Both the position numbers and the translations under genes were made by a program. A stretch of DNA of 64,000 bases, taken from positions 32,001 through 96,000 of IMG/VR virus record IMGVR_UViG_3300027752_001458; one strand, 5' to 3'. The notes under the pieces are model-generated. The model was not told the DNA's origin, searched no databases, and saw nothing but the letters and a program-made list of their open reading frames with translations. This DNA comes from a virus. Positions 28,401 to 39,400 of this stretch are shown piece by piece (the first letter of the stretch is position 1; each line of letters starts with the position of its first letter).

Positions 28401-29657
28401 ATAGGCGCATTAGCGGGCCCGGCTATTGAAAAGATAGCACTAGCCACAATGATGTTTAACTTTACTGATATGAAAAACTTAGCGTTGGCAGGTCCGGCAT
28501 TAAAATCATTAGGTGAGGGCATGAGTTCATTGAGTGGCGGCTCATTAATGAGCAGTATCAAAGATGGCATTGGCTCATTGTTCGGTGCAGATAGTCCTAT
28601 AGAAAAAATAAAAAACTTTATTGAAGGCTTCAAAGGCATTGACTATTCAGGTTTATTCTTTGCATCTGAAGGCTTACTACTATTACAGTCATCTATATTA
28701 GGCTTGCCTAAAGCATTAGACTTAGCAATGTCATACATGAATGTGCTGGGCGAGCATTTCCTTACTCTTGCAGACAGCTCAAGGTCAATAGGCATATTTG
28801 GATCTAGGATTGGTCCTTTTGCACAACACATGGAAACACTTGCGATTTCGTTCATGTTATTAGGCGATAGACCGTTTAGTGCATTTGATGGTGTAGAAGA
28901 ACAAGCTAAAGGCATGGATATGTTCGCAACATCAACTGAAAGACTTTCCTCGGCACTAGGTAGTATAGAATTCGACTATATAGCGGATGGGTTTCAGGAA
29001 ATCGCTTACAGTATAGAGGACATGGCGGCTGCCATGTCAGATATTAGCATGGGAGACATGCTAAAAATGGGTGCAATGAGACTGCTCGGTCCTAGCAAAG
29101 AAGAGATTCAAGAGGACGATAAACAAACAGCAGTTAAACATGTTGCAGGAGAGAAACTCCGCGGCACCTTCGGTTCAGATGAAGGCCTTCAAGGGCTAAT
29201 GGACAACATATCCATGTCATCCGGTAAGAACACTTACGCCCCAGGAGAAAGTGCTAAAGAACAAATGTTACTCCGCCTGCCTGAGATAGGTGCGGCAGGT
29301 ATTGATCTTGATGTTAAAAAAATGCAAAGTAAGGAACTAGGTGTTGCGGCAACGGAAATGCAACGGGTTACAGGACTCTTACAATCACAAATTGACATGT
29401 ACAGGATGCAAGAAAGCTCAGGTGTTATTGTTGCAAAAGACGTTCCTACTACAGCACAACCAGTCAAAGAAGAATTGGTAGCTACACCAGGTAAAATATC
29501 GCCTAACTCTCCCACAGCAGATAAGAAAAAATTGGAAGAAGCTATTGGCGGCGACATGACACAATCAGAATTACTTACAGAGTTAGTTAGGTTAACGCAA
29601 CTTAATAACAACTTGCTCAAGAAAGGCAACAAAATCACTGCTGAAATAGAAGTTTAA
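25425..29657 (+). CDS. Tape measure protein
   Basis: 1410 aa, Ala/Gly/Met-rich and helical, with 11/22-residue repeats (FAKHKGPAMAMAKNALEYTKGM) and a hydrophobic central region; TTG start with GAGG RBS; adjacent to the chaperone gene. Confidence 0.75.
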   Translation: MAVSFNLDGQALTFPDWASEATAEQMLDILKGIAKSSGASEKDQKKVTDSAKKTLDELKKGNANDDVTAEDQKKRDEKLLKENKKLGDGFKELGNQLEQYKVDKAFDASFLGTLKASFESEGENVGRAIMTTGEHLYKGAAYVGGAVQQYGAMLGNSILGAGESLNDLAKVGVGFNDTYSGMAETAGLGVAQLAGLTGSFGGAAALISASAKVVATQGFGNFTKSMRFASDISEELGMSLEDSMGVFSESLKSRQMLMNVGNADQGRMNKQIQKSTKMQMAYATAIGVSTEEMSAFVESLTRNNGLLTSSLLRFDDTLRGDVIAGIEVFASGLAGMGGQAGQDIASAFLEAGTAGAIGMSQAATGFVTALPSLAGPMNEFANAMKDGTLTQEQSKDMVNSLTGQLGNLSAGEKDRIYQMARIGDESAKTMANAIAQFEQSEDKLKEVNEKFGTAFNMDAVQKGTNQFNKMMTNISGGASNAFYSLFADPEIMKVIEDGMAEIFAMFGMGVDDLAGSAMDAGGMVKSMVPAVKSFVGFIVDIGKSVAGFFAKFKTDEGFDFGAMFSGIIGKAKSALFTAILTFVGIWLGATVATHYAKTVLGPAIGKFGKELFAKHKGPAMAMAKNALEYTKGMFAKHGPAAMNMAKNALNYSKGLFAGGATTGKNILNNSIAYAKDVFNTSGAKGVASKMSGYASAFGKKIFSGGDKIAKTVASAASSFMGKLTKGGAPDVVGKGVAKAGGLVSSLGAKAKALVPKGLSDKVSGMGGKVSGMLKGASDNADKATMPMGKGGGFLQTIADAVKKFGDSKVLKGAAAIALLGASVGIAGVGLKQFNDVDFASIVKGTLALGGLAALAQVLGKGSMGMIQGAAAIVLLGAAVIPLAFGLSLMKDVGFKTIGVLAAGLLTLGGAAAILSFASPFIIAGSFAIAALGVALGVFGVGMSLVTGPLNEFITGMSNLAEVNGKGLASAAGGVLAVGAAMALLAPMLPFMLIGALAGPAIEKIALATMMFNFTDMKNLALAGPALKSLGEGMSSLSGGSLMSSIKDGIGSLFGADSPIEKIKNFIEGFKGIDYSGLFFASEGLLLLQSSILGLPKALDLAMSYMNVLGEHFLTLADSSRSIGIFGSRIGPFAQHMETLAISFMLLGDRPFSAFDGVEEQAKGMDMFATSTERLSSALGSIEFDYIADGFQEIAYSIEDMAAAMSDISMGDMLKMGAMRLLGPSKEEIQEDDKQTAVKHVAGEKLRGTFGSDEGLQGLMDNISMSSGKNTYAPGESAKEQMLLRLPEIGAAGIDLDVKKMQSKELGVAATEMQRVTGLLQSQIDMYRMQESSGVIVAKDVPTTAQPVKEELVATPGKISPNSPTADKKKLEEAIGGDMTQSELLTELVRLTQLNNNLLKKGNKITAEIEV

Positions 29658-29727
29658 TAAAAACTTTTCCGTTTTGCTTGACATTATTCCTATGAAGTGA
29701 TAAATATACACATATAAAGAGGATTTT

Positions 29728-31413
29728 ATGGCTACTTGGCGAAAATATTTTAACAGTGCAAACGGCGGATTACCTGTAAACGTTACAGGCAACAACACCG
29801 ACGGATACAGTGCAACACATTCTAGATACAGCAGTTGGCTCCCAGAAGTCTATGCTGGCAGTCCTAACAGGTTAATGAGATACATGCAGTATGACCAAAT
29901 GGACAATGACTTAGAGATTAATGCGGCGCTAGATATTCTAGCAGAATTTTCTACTCAAGAAGATGACACAACTAAAACTCCGTTTAGATTTAGATTTACT
30001 GAAGACCCTAGTGAAACTGAAATGAAAATTTTAAGTAAAACACTAGACCAGTGGAACAACTTAAATGATTTTAGTCGTAGAGCTTTTAAAATGGTAAGAA
30101 GTACATTAAAGTACGGAGACCAATTTTTAATTAGAGATCCTGAAACATACAAGTTATACTGGACTGATCCAGCAAACATTGAAAAAGTTATTGTTAACGA
30201 AAGTAAAGGCAAGAAAATTGAAACTTACTTTGTTAAAAACTTAGAAGCAAACTTTGAGCAACTAGCGGCAACATCTGCGGCGGCACTACACTCCAGACCA
30301 TATGGCGCTGGCGGCGGAATGTTAGCAGGCGGAAACATTGGCACTAGTGCAGGCGCACGAAACGATACAAGTCAAGGCGCAAGCCAAGGCATGCCTGTTG
30401 ATGCAACACATGTTGTACAACTAAGTTTAACAGAAGGCATGGACCACAACTGGCCCTTTGGTATTAGTATTCTAGAACCTGTATTTAAAGTATTCAAGCA
30501 AAAAGAATTGCTGGAAGACAGCATTATTATTTACAGAGTGCATAGAGCACCTGAAAGAAGAGTGTTCTTTATTGACGTAGGTAATATGCCTCCGCATAAA
30601 GCACAACAGTACTTAGAAAAAGTTAAGTACGAAGTACAGCAAAAGCGTGTGCCCAACAAGAATAAAGATGGACAGAATGTTGCAGATGCGGCATACAATC
30701 CAATGAGCATGTTAGAAGATTATTTCTTTGCTCAAACGGCAGACGGCAGAGGTTCGAAAGTTGACACATTACCAGGTGGTACAAACTTAGGTGAGATTGA
30801 CGACTTAAAATACTTCAACAATAAACTGTTAAGAGGACTTAGAGTACCAAGCAGTTATTTGCCTACTGGTCCAGATGACGGAACAGCACAGCATAACGAT
30901 GGTAAAGTGGGTGTAGCATACATTCAAGAACACCAGTTTGCAAAGTACTGTCAGCGTCTACAAAGACAAATTATTAGAAATTTAGATAGAGAATTTAAGA
31001 TGTATCTAAATTATAAAGGCATCGAAATTGATAACAGTACGTTCAGTGTAGAATTTACTGACCCTCAGAACTTTAGTAGTTACAGAGAGTTAGACTTAGA
31101 TACACAAAGAGCTCAACTGTTTACAGGTTTAGAAGCAGTACCATATTTAAGTCAGCAGTTCAAGTTGAAGAAGTACTTAGGTCTTTCTGAAGAAGAAATG
31201 AGAGACAACGAGCATTACTGGAAACAAGAGAACAAGTATAACACGTCAGGCGCTGGCACTGAAGATGTTGGTTTAAGAAACGTAGGTGTTAGACCCGGTC
31301 CAAGCATGGACTTGGACATTGATGCACCAATAGATGATATTCCTGATCCAGCATTAGATGCAGAAACACCGGATGTTGATGTTATGCCACCGGTGACTCC
31401 AGGGGAACTATAA
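29728..31413 (+). CDS. gp20: Portal protein
   Basis: LLEDSIIIYRVHRAPERRVFFIDVGNMP, MLEDYFF, TLPGGTNLGEIDDLKYF and LRVPSS motifs; late promoter at 29699-29706. Confidence 0.95.
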   Translation: MATWRKYFNSANGGLPVNVTGNNTDGYSATHSRYSSWLPEVYAGSPNRLMRYMQYDQMDNDLEINAALDILAEFSTQEDDTTKTPFRFRFTEDPSETEMKILSKTLDQWNNLNDFSRRAFKMVRSTLKYGDQFLIRDPETYKLYWTDPANIEKVIVNESKGKKIETYFVKNLEANFEQLAATSAAALHSRPYGAGGGMLAGGNIGTSAGARNDTSQGASQGMPVDATHVVQLSLTEGMDHNWPFGISILEPVFKVFKQKELLEDSIIIYRVHRAPERRVFFIDVGNMPPHKAQQYLEKVKYEVQQKRVPNKNKDGQNVADAAYNPMSMLEDYFFAQTADGRGSKVDTLPGGTNLGEIDDLKYFNNKLLRGLRVPSSYLPTGPDDGTAQHNDGKVGVAYIQEHQFAKYCQRLQRQIIRNLDREFKMYLNYKGIEIDNSTFSVEFTDPQNFSSYRELDLDTQRAQLFTGLEAVPYLSQQFKLKKYLGLSEEEMRDNEHYWKQENKYNTSGAGTEDVGLRNVGVRPGPSMDLDIDAPIDDIPDPALDAETPDVDVMPPVTPGEL

Positions 31414-31616
31414 TGAAATTAACAGAATTTTATAATCCGGAAGCAGATAGATCAGCAACAAGAGACTTTGACGATACTCGTAAAACTAAACTTACTTTAC
31501 TATCTCTTAATAAATTAAGAAAGTACAGAGAGTTAAAGAAGAAAGAGAATATCGAACAGGCAGAGTTTGCATCTATTATGTATTCCAAAGCACAAGAATC
31601 AGACGCGGCCCTATAA
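31413..31616 (+). CDS. Small basic protein following the portal gene
   Basis: Translationally coupled (TAATG); DTRKTKLTL...LNKLRK. Confidence 0.7.
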   Translation: MKLTEFYNPEADRSATRDFDDTRKTKLTLLSLNKLRKYRELKKKENIEQAEFASIMYSKAQESDAAL

Positions 31617-32480
31617 ATGAAATTAGCTGTTGTAGGCTGTAGCTGGTCTAGCCGAGATGTAGATTATCCTGATGTGGAATTTGGCAAGTTAGTAGCAGAC
31701 TATTACGATGCTGAATACATTAACATGGGAAAGCCTGCATGTAGTAACCCAGGTATAGCACTCCAAATAGATTACATCCTCGATGGTCACATGGGCCCAC
31801 TACCTGACTTAGTATTGATCAATGCTACCACAGTAACCAGAACAGAACTTAAACTAAACAGTAAACGCAGATTTGATCCTAAAGCAAGTTGGGATAATGT
31901 GCAGTTCAACATGATGTTTGGAGAGAAGCTTAGAGACATACATGCACCTGGGTACGGCAAAGGATACGATCCTAGTATTGTAATAGACAGTTTCTCTACT
32001 ATATTTGGTGAGGACATGCAGAAGTCGTTCGGCGAAGCATACTTCCATCCTAGATACGAAGATGCATTTACACCAAAGTCATATGAAGCAATGAAAAAAT
32101 GGTTTTTATACTTCTTTGACGCTGACTTAGAAAGATATAAACAGCAAATGATACTGCTTGGTTCCTGCTTAAAACTAAAAAAGAAAGGTGTTAAATTTAT
32201 CTTTTGTCCTAATACATTTGACTGGGCCGAAGACTTATACTTACAAAAAGACAAGCCTAGTACTGAAAATCCAGAGAAATCAGTGACATGGGAAGTGCTA
32301 GAAAATAGCGAACTACTATGGTCAGGCATTGCAGAATCTTTATGGTTAGAAAATGAAATTTACGGCAGTTATGAAAAGAGTCCAGGCAGTTATATGGACA
32401 ATCACTTGCCAGTAGAATGCCATATGGACTTTGCTTACAAAGTTATATCACATGTAAATCAGCATGGATTGGCTAAATAA
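31617..32480 (+). CDS. SGNH/GDSL-hydrolase-like hypothetical protein
   Basis: N-terminal VVGCSWS, NMGKPACSN, and C-terminal DNHL...H. Confidence 0.55.
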   Translation: MKLAVVGCSWSSRDVDYPDVEFGKLVADYYDAEYINMGKPACSNPGIALQIDYILDGHMGPLPDLVLINATTVTRTELKLNSKRRFDPKASWDNVQFNMMFGEKLRDIHAPGYGKGYDPSIVIDSFSTIFGEDMQKSFGEAYFHPRYEDAFTPKSYEAMKKWFLYFFDADLERYKQQMILLGSCLKLKKKGVKFIFCPNTFDWAEDLYLQKDKPSTENPEKSVTWEVLENSELLWSGIAESLWLENEIYGSYEKSPGSYMDNHLPVECHMDFAYKVISHVNQHGLAK

Positions 32481-32657
32481 ACGTATATACAAAAACATCA
32501 GATACTCACATCAAACGCAAAAATGGTTCAAAAAAGCCTGCTTTGCAAACAAAAACACATCTTTTAATAAGTAAACATACATTATATTGTGTATAGTCGT
32601 TTGACTGTCTATGCATAATCATTTAAATGAAAACTTTTTTATTATTAGGAGCTCATA

Positions 32658-33431
32658 ATGTCAGAACGCAGTAAATTAGAACAGGTCTTAGAATTCCTAC
32701 TTGCGGAAGATAACGAGCGTGCCGAAGAGCTACTTCACGAATATGTCGTTGAAACTGCTCGTCAAGAGTACGAACGTATATTGGACGAAGATGAAGTAGA
32801 AGCTAAAGACGAAGACGAAGCTGATTTAGACGAATCAGAAGAAACTGAAGAAGAAGCAGTCGAAGAAACTATTGATCAAGCTGATCCTGAAAACGATTTT
32901 ATTACAGATGTTGAAGAAACAGATGACGAAATTGAATCAGACGAAGTTGGTGAAATGGAATTAGACGGAGAAGGTGAAGAGGGCGAAGGAGAAGAGGAAG
33001 AGTTAGAAGACAAAGTCGACGAACTTGAATCAGAACTAGAAGACCTAAGAGCTGAATTTGAAAAATTACTTTCAGGTGACGACTCAGGTGACGAAGAAAT
33101 TGAAGGCGACATGGAACCAGAAATGGGAATGGAACCAGAAATGGAAGAAGAATCCGTTGAATACGATTTAGACGAAGAAGTAGCAGAAGACGATGACGAA
33201 GTTGTCGAAGAAGCAACTAAACTTCAAGACGCAGTAGCGGCACCAAAAGGTGGCGATGCAGGCGAAGGTGAATCACCATTCAGCAAACAGCCAAAAAGCA
33301 CAACAGTAAGCGGACCAAACGGTGGCGGAAGCCCAGTTAAGTCTACAGACGGTGGCGAAGGTAACAAAGGCGAAGGCGCTAAAGTTAACCCAACTACTGA
33401 CAACATTAAAGTTGAGCCTAAAACGGCGTAA
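32658..33431 (+). CDS. Highly acidic prohead core / scaffold-like protein
   Basis: E/D-rich, AGGAG RBS, immediately upstream of the prohead protease. Confidence 0.65.
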   Translation: MSERSKLEQVLEFLLAEDNERAEELLHEYVVETARQEYERILDEDEVEAKDEDEADLDESEETEEEAVEETIDQADPENDFITDVEETDDEIESDEVGEMELDGEGEEGEGEEEELEDKVDELESELEDLRAEFEKLLSGDDSGDEEIEGDMEPEMGMEPEMEEESVEYDLDEEVAEDDDEVVEEATKLQDAVAAPKGGDAGEGESPFSKQPKSTTVSGPNGGGSPVKSTDGGEGNKGEGAKVNPTTDNIKVEPKTA

Positions 33432-33459
33432 TGTTTATTAATATTAGGAGTTTTTAACA

Positions 33460-34089
33460 GTGCGTAAACTATACGAATATATGAGTTCAGAACAAAGTAA
33501 GATTCAATTACTTGAATCAAACGATGGTAAGGACTTATTCATGCAAGGACTATTCATCCAGGGTGACGTAAAAAATCAAAATGGAAGAGTATATCCGAAG
33601 GATGAGATTCAACGTGCTGTTGAGAACGTAACTAGTAGATTAAGTACAGGCGAAACTGTAATGGGCGAGTTAGATCACCCAGAAGAGTTACAAATAAACC
33701 TAGACCGAGTAAGTCATATCATTACAGAAATGCAATGTGATGGCTCTAATGGTTTAGGTAAACTTAAAATAATAGATACACCAATGGGGAATATTGCAAG
33801 AGCGTTATTAAAAGCAGGAGCAAAGTTAGGTGTGTCAAGCAGAGGGAGTGGTAATGTTAATGAAAGCGGTAAAGTTTCCGATTTTGATATCATTACTGTA
33901 GATATAGTTGCCCAACCAAGTGCCCCAGATGCGTATCCAAAGACCATTTATGAGTCTTTGTTTAACATGAAAGGTGGTAGTATGATACATACTATTGCAG
34001 AAGACTATACACATAACAAAAACCAAGATGTTGAAATGCATCTAAGTAAACAAATCGTTAATTTTATTAACGAATTAAAATTGAGGTAG
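33460..34089 (+). CDS. gp21: Prohead protease
   Basis: KNQNGRVYP, GELDHP, GVSSRGSG and DIVAQPSAPDA motifs. Confidence 0.95.
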   Translation: MRKLYEYMSSEQSKIQLLESNDGKDLFMQGLFIQGDVKNQNGRVYPKDEIQRAVENVTSRLSTGETVMGELDHPEELQINLDRVSHIITEMQCDGSNGLGKLKIIDTPMGNIARALLKAGAKLGVSSRGSGNVNESGKVSDFDIITVDIVAQPSAPDAYPKTIYESLFNMKGGSMIHTIAEDYTHNKNQDVEMHLSKQIVNFINELKLR

Positions 34090-34098
34090 GAGACTACT

Positions 34099-35208
34099 AT
34101 GGCAGTAAACTTTAAAGACCTTATCGAGTCTAGCGATATGAACGAAGAAGTTCGTACAAGTATCGTTGAGGCCTGGGAAAGTCGTCTTGCCGAAGCCCGT
34201 GAGGAACTAACAGCAGAATTAAGAGAAGAGTTTGCTCAAAGATATGAGCATGACAAAGGCTTAATTGTTGAAGCAGTTGATGGATTTATCAAAGAAAGAG
34301 TTGAAGCAGAAATGCTTGAGCTTGCTGAAGATAAGCAAACAGTTGCTAAAGAAATAGTTACTTACAAAAAGGCTGTTAGCGAACATGCTGTTAAATTAGA
34401 GAAGTTTATCGCTGAGCAACTTGCAAAAGAAGTTAAAGAGTTAAGAACAGATAGAACTAACGTTCAATCACATGTTACTAAACTTGATGATTTTGTAGTT
34501 GAGCAGTTAAGCAGTGAACTCAAAGAGTTCCATGCGGATAAGCAGGCTTTAGTTGAACAGAAAGTGAAAATGGTTAGAGAAGGCAAAAAACAACTTGCTG
34601 AATCCAAAGCAGATTTCATTAAACGTGCCGCTGACAAGGTGGAAACTGTTGTCAACAAGATTGTAAAAGAGAATGTTGGAACGTTTAGAGATGATATCAC
34701 AGCCGCAAGAGAGAACGATTTCGGTCGTAGAATATTCGAATCATTTGCAAATGAGTATAGATCAAGTTACTTGAACGAAAACTCAGCAGTAAAAGATTTG
34801 CAGAAGGAAATCGCTGAAGTGAAAAACCAGTTAGCAGAAAGTAAAACAGAAGTTAAAGCGAAAGCTAAGACATCTGCTATTACAGAAAGCAAACTAAGAG
34901 TATCAGAAGACAGATATGCTCGTAAGGAGCAACTGGATGAGTTACTCAGACCTTTAGCTAAAGGAAAGAAAGAGATAATGGTGGACCTTCTTGAAAGTGT
35001 AAAAACTGAGAATTTAGAGAAGCAGTTTAATAAGTATCTTCCTAGTGTTTTAGACGGCGAAAGCACACTTAAAGAAGATCGTAAACCATTAACAGAATCA
35101 GTGAGACAAGAACACACTGGTAATAAAAGCGTACAGCCTTCAACTGAAGATGTACAGGGCGTAGTCGAAATTGACGAAATCCGTAAATTAGCCGGACTTT
35201 CAAATTAG
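34099..35208 (+). CDS. gp22: Prohead scaffolding / core protein
   Basis: Long coiled coil between protease and capsid genes; FGRRIFESF motif. Confidence 0.8.
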   Translation: MAVNFKDLIESSDMNEEVRTSIVEAWESRLAEAREELTAELREEFAQRYEHDKGLIVEAVDGFIKERVEAEMLELAEDKQTVAKEIVTYKKAVSEHAVKLEKFIAEQLAKEVKELRTDRTNVQSHVTKLDDFVVEQLSSELKEFHADKQALVEQKVKMVREGKKQLAESKADFIKRAADKVETVVNKIVKENVGTFRDDITAARENDFGRRIFESFANEYRSSYLNENSAVKDLQKEIAEVKNQLAESKTEVKAKAKTSAITESKLRVSEDRYARKEQLDELLRPLAKGKKEIMVDLLESVKTENLEKQFNKYLPSVLDGESTLKEDRKPLTESVRQEHTGNKSVQPSTEDVQGVVEIDEIRKLAGLSN

Positions 35209-35218
35209 GAGATAAGAA

Positions 35219-36364
35219 ATGGCAGAATTATTTGAGAGCAATTGGTCAGCAACTAAGGATGCACTACTTGAGGGTTTAAGTGGTTCACGAAAAAGTTCAT
35301 TGGATGTGGTCCTTGAAAACACTAAGAGACATCTTCAGGAATCAGCTTCAGGTGGAGCGACACAGGCTGGCAATATTGCTACATTAAACAAGGTTATGTT
35401 ACCTTTAATCAGAAGGGTTATGCCTTCCGTGATTGCAAACGAACTAGTAGGCGTACAGCCTATGACTGGCCCAGTAGGGCAGATTCACACATTAAGAGTG
35501 AGATATGCAGACAACACTTCGGGTACTAACCCAGGTGATGAAGCATTAAGCCCATTCAAGATTGCAAATCAATATTCAGGCAACCCAGACGCTACTGCAA
35601 GTAGTGAAGGAACTGCTGGTAATAAGATGAGCATCCAAATCTTGAAGCAAACTGTTGAAGCTAAAACTAGACGTTTAAGTGCAAGATGGACTTTTGAGTC
35701 AGCTCAAGATGCCGAAGCTATGCACGGTTTAGATGTTGAAGCAGAAATCATGCAGGCACTAGCACAAGAAATCGTAGTTGAAATCGACCAAGAAATTATC
35801 GGTTCACTAAGAACTCTAGCTGGAACAGGTACTGCGTTAAACTTTAACGGTATTAGCACTGACTACAAACCAACTTACGTTGGTGACAGACATGCTCTAT
35901 TAGCTGTTGAAATTAACAGAGCGGCAAACAGAATTGCGGCAAGAACAAGACGTGGCGCTGGTAACTACATCGTAGTTAGTCCAGAAGCGTTGACTATTTT
36001 ACAGTCAGCATCTACTTCTACTTTTGCTAGAACAACAGAAGGTTCATTCGATGCACCTACTAACACTAAACTTGCTGGTACTTTAAACGGTTCCATCAAA
36101 GTGTTTGTTGATTCTTATGCGGCAGACGGTACTAAGGTACTAGTAGGATATAAAGGTTCATCAGAAACTGATGCTCCTGCGTTCTATTGTCCTTACATCC
36201 CATTAATGAGCACAGGTCCAGTTATGGATCCGAGCACATTTGAACCAGTAGTTTCGTTCATGACTAGATATGGTTATATTGAACTTACTAACACTGCTTC
36301 ATCTTTGGGTAACGCGGCAGATTACGTTGACGCAATTACATTGTCAAACGTAGCATTCCAGTAA
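35219..36364 (+). CDS. gp23: Major capsid protein
   Basis: GVQPMTGPVGQI, VEAKTRRLSARWTFE, IAARTRRGAGN, AFYCPYIPL and FMTRYG motifs. Confidence 0.96.
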   Translation: MAELFESNWSATKDALLEGLSGSRKSSLDVVLENTKRHLQESASGGATQAGNIATLNKVMLPLIRRVMPSVIANELVGVQPMTGPVGQIHTLRVRYADNTSGTNPGDEALSPFKIANQYSGNPDATASSEGTAGNKMSIQILKQTVEAKTRRLSARWTFESAQDAEAMHGLDVEAEIMQALAQEIVVEIDQEIIGSLRTLAGTGTALNFNGISTDYKPTYVGDRHALLAVEINRAANRIAARTRRGAGNYIVVSPEALTILQSASTSTFARTTEGSFDAPTNTKLAGTLNGSIKVFVDSYAADGTKVLVGYKGSSETDAPAFYCPYIPLMSTGPVMDPSTFEPVVSFMTRYGYIELTNTASSLGNAADYVDAITLSNVAFQ

Positions 36365-36387
36365 GTCTTACTTAACGGAATAAAATT

Positions 36388-36419
36388 AAAAGCACTTCCT
36401 TCGGGAGGTGCTTTTTTTT
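36388..36419 (+). terminator. Rho-independent terminator after the capsid gene
   Basis: AAAAGCACTTCC-TTCG-GGAGGTGC followed by T8. Confidence 0.9.
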
Positions 36420-36476
36420 GAGTTTTTGTTCAAAAAGATAAATACAACATATAAAGTTGAACTTTAGGCGAGCTAT

Positions 36477-39400
36477 ATGACAAACAAAACTAATTTTAAT
36501 CCAGACGGCAATCTATTTGTAAAAGGCGGTATAACTGCCGAAGGAACAGTAGTTGCTTCCGGAACTGGAATATCCAGTATTGCAGGAGAACTTGTAGTTC
36601 TCGGCACAGGTAACACTACAATCGCAGGCGACCTTGTTGTTGCAGGCAAGATGGAAGTTACCGGAGACATAGTATTTAAAAGCGATACACAAACTGTTAA
36701 CGAAGCAGACGGTTACGTTATTAACAGTGACAGTGATGTTGCCACAGCATACTTACAAATCAATTCAGATGTAAGCAACATAAGATTATCATACAGCACA
36801 AATAGTGCTACAATTGGTTATGCAGGCATAACAGAACATGTAAACGTCAACGCCACTTCGTTCCATGTGTCAAACAACATATCAGCTGGTGGTAACTTAT
36901 CAGCTGATGGACAATTAGCAGTTACTGGTAACACTACTTTAAGTAACTTAACAGTTAACAGTGGATTAACAGTAACAGGCGAAACAGGCTTTGCTGAATC
37001 CATTACTCTGCCAAATGACAAGTCAGTAATTTTTACAGGCGGCTCGACCCTTACTTCAACTAGATGGTCAGGTACAGCCAATATAGCAGATAAGTTAACT
37101 ACCCCAAGAACAATTACAACCCAATTGACAGGTGATGTTGTTGGTACAGGTTCAATAGCATTTGACGGACAAACTGATGTTACAATAGCCATTGCTACTA
37201 CTGGGTACAGAGACGATTCAGTGATACTTGGCACAGATACAACGGGTAACTATGTTGCCACAATAGCAGATTCAGGTAACGGTAGATTAGTAGTAACAAA
37301 CAGTGGTAGCGAAGATGCCGCAGTTATTTTAGAATTAGGCGACACAGCCGTTACTCCTAAAACATACGGACAAGCAGATTCTATACCACAAGTAACAGTC
37401 GACCAGCAAGGTAGATTAACTAACGCATCTAATGTGTCAATACAGATAGCAACAAGTCAGGTTACAGACTTAGACTTAGCTATCCAGAGCAATGTTAGTG
37501 CAGGTACAGGACTCACGTACACGTCAGCTACAGGTGTTTTCAACATCACTGATACTATTACAGGTGCAAGTTTTGGTAGTGCTACAGCAGTACCTACGTT
37601 CACTGTAAATGACCAAGGACAACTAACAGCGGCGGCAGATCAAAACATAGCAATACCTCATACGCAAGTTACAGACTTTGACACAGAAGTTAGAGCATTA
37701 GTAAGCCATGTAGATGCAGGTGGCGATGGTAGTTTAGCATATGATAGTTCAACTGGTGTAATTACTTATACAGGTCCAAGTGCCGCAGAAGCAAGAGCAC
37801 ATATTAGTGTTACAGATGCTGGTGGAGACGGAAGTGCGGCTTATAATAGTTCAACTGGTGTAATTACTTACACAGGTCCAAGTGCTACAGAAGTTAGAGC
37901 CCACTCGTCAGGTGGTGACGGTATTGATTATGCTTCAGGTGTAATTGATGTAGATGCTACAGTTGTAAGAACAAACACCGCAGGTGTACAAACAATTTCT
38001 AAAGATACAACATTTACTGGCACAGTTGACTTAACAGGTTCAACAGTAACAGCATTAACTCAAGCAAACAGCGATACAACAACTAAAGTTGCAACAACAC
38101 AATATGTTGAAAACAGAATTGCAACAGTGTTAGGTGATGCTCCAGCGGCATTAGATACTTTAGGCGAAATTGCAAACGCATTAATAGATGATAACAACAT
38201 TGGTAACGTACTAACAGCAAGTATATCTAACACAGATTCAAATGCTATAGTTAAGCAAGGTACAATGGCAATGATAGGTGACCTAGACTTAGGCACAAAT
38301 AAAATTGTAAGTGTTGGAGATCCTACAGCGGCACAAGACGGAGCCACAAAGAATTATGTCGACACAGCAAACTCTGAAATGCTTAGTTATGTTAACACAG
38401 CAAACTCTGAAATGCTTAGTTATGTTGACACAGCAAATACTAATATGCAAAGTTATGTTGACACAGCAAATACTAATTTGCAAAGTTATGCAGATGATGG
38501 AAAAGTAGCCAAGACGTTTAATATTGGCGCTTCATACTCATTTAACTTGTCTACTAAACTTGCTAACGGACTAATTGTTTCTGCGGAATCGGCATCATTG
38601 GCAAGTCCAGCAACAGCGAACAACACAGTAGCATTTAGTAATCTAGATGATACACAAAATCTATTCATTAACACTGTAAAGTTTGACCATTCATATGCAG
38701 TACTGCATGAAGGCGAACAAACTGTTAGCGGAAAAGTAAGCACACTAGTAGGCGATGGAACAACAACTACTATTGTAACACCTACAGCTCACAGAGCTAC
38801 AACAGGCGAAGCATACGCCATTTATAATACTAGTGATGTGGCAACGCACGGCATATTTATTGCAACAGTTATTAACGCAACAACGTTCACAGTACCTAGC
38901 AGTTTTAATGGTTCAGCAACTGGTTCAGCAAGTTTACCTGGGTTTGTAGATTCAAACGCAACAGCAGATAATCAGACCAGAAATGGTAACTTGTTTATAC
39001 ACGGTGACGTAGTATTTTCTAGAGGAATCGATGCAGGTGAAACGGAAGGCAGAAAACAAGGTACAGGTAAGATAACTTCGGCTGGCGATATAGTGCATGC
39101 CAAATCCGCAAACGCAACATATGCCGCGGCACAGAGTTTTATATCAAATGTGCCACAGTATCATTACAAAAGCACAATCGGTGCATTAACAGGTGCCACG
39201 TCGGTGTCAGCAATGGCATTCACAGGGTCGAATATATTTGTAGTAACAGGTGCCGCTGACACCACCGATACTTACTTGGGTGCAGAAGCAACAGGTAACA
39301 TTAATGCAGTAGCAGGATATGCCAGCACAGAAATTGGTGTAGCAAGAGCTCACTATCAGAACTGGGGCAAAACAACAGCATTCGTCGGCGACTTTGCTAA

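Noticed and set aside
25958-29638. Long antisense ORFs (for example 27500-28639) opposite the tape measure, fibre and baseplate genes
   Set aside because: Shadow frames produced by codon bias of Ala/Gly/Thr-rich sense genes; no recognisable motifs.
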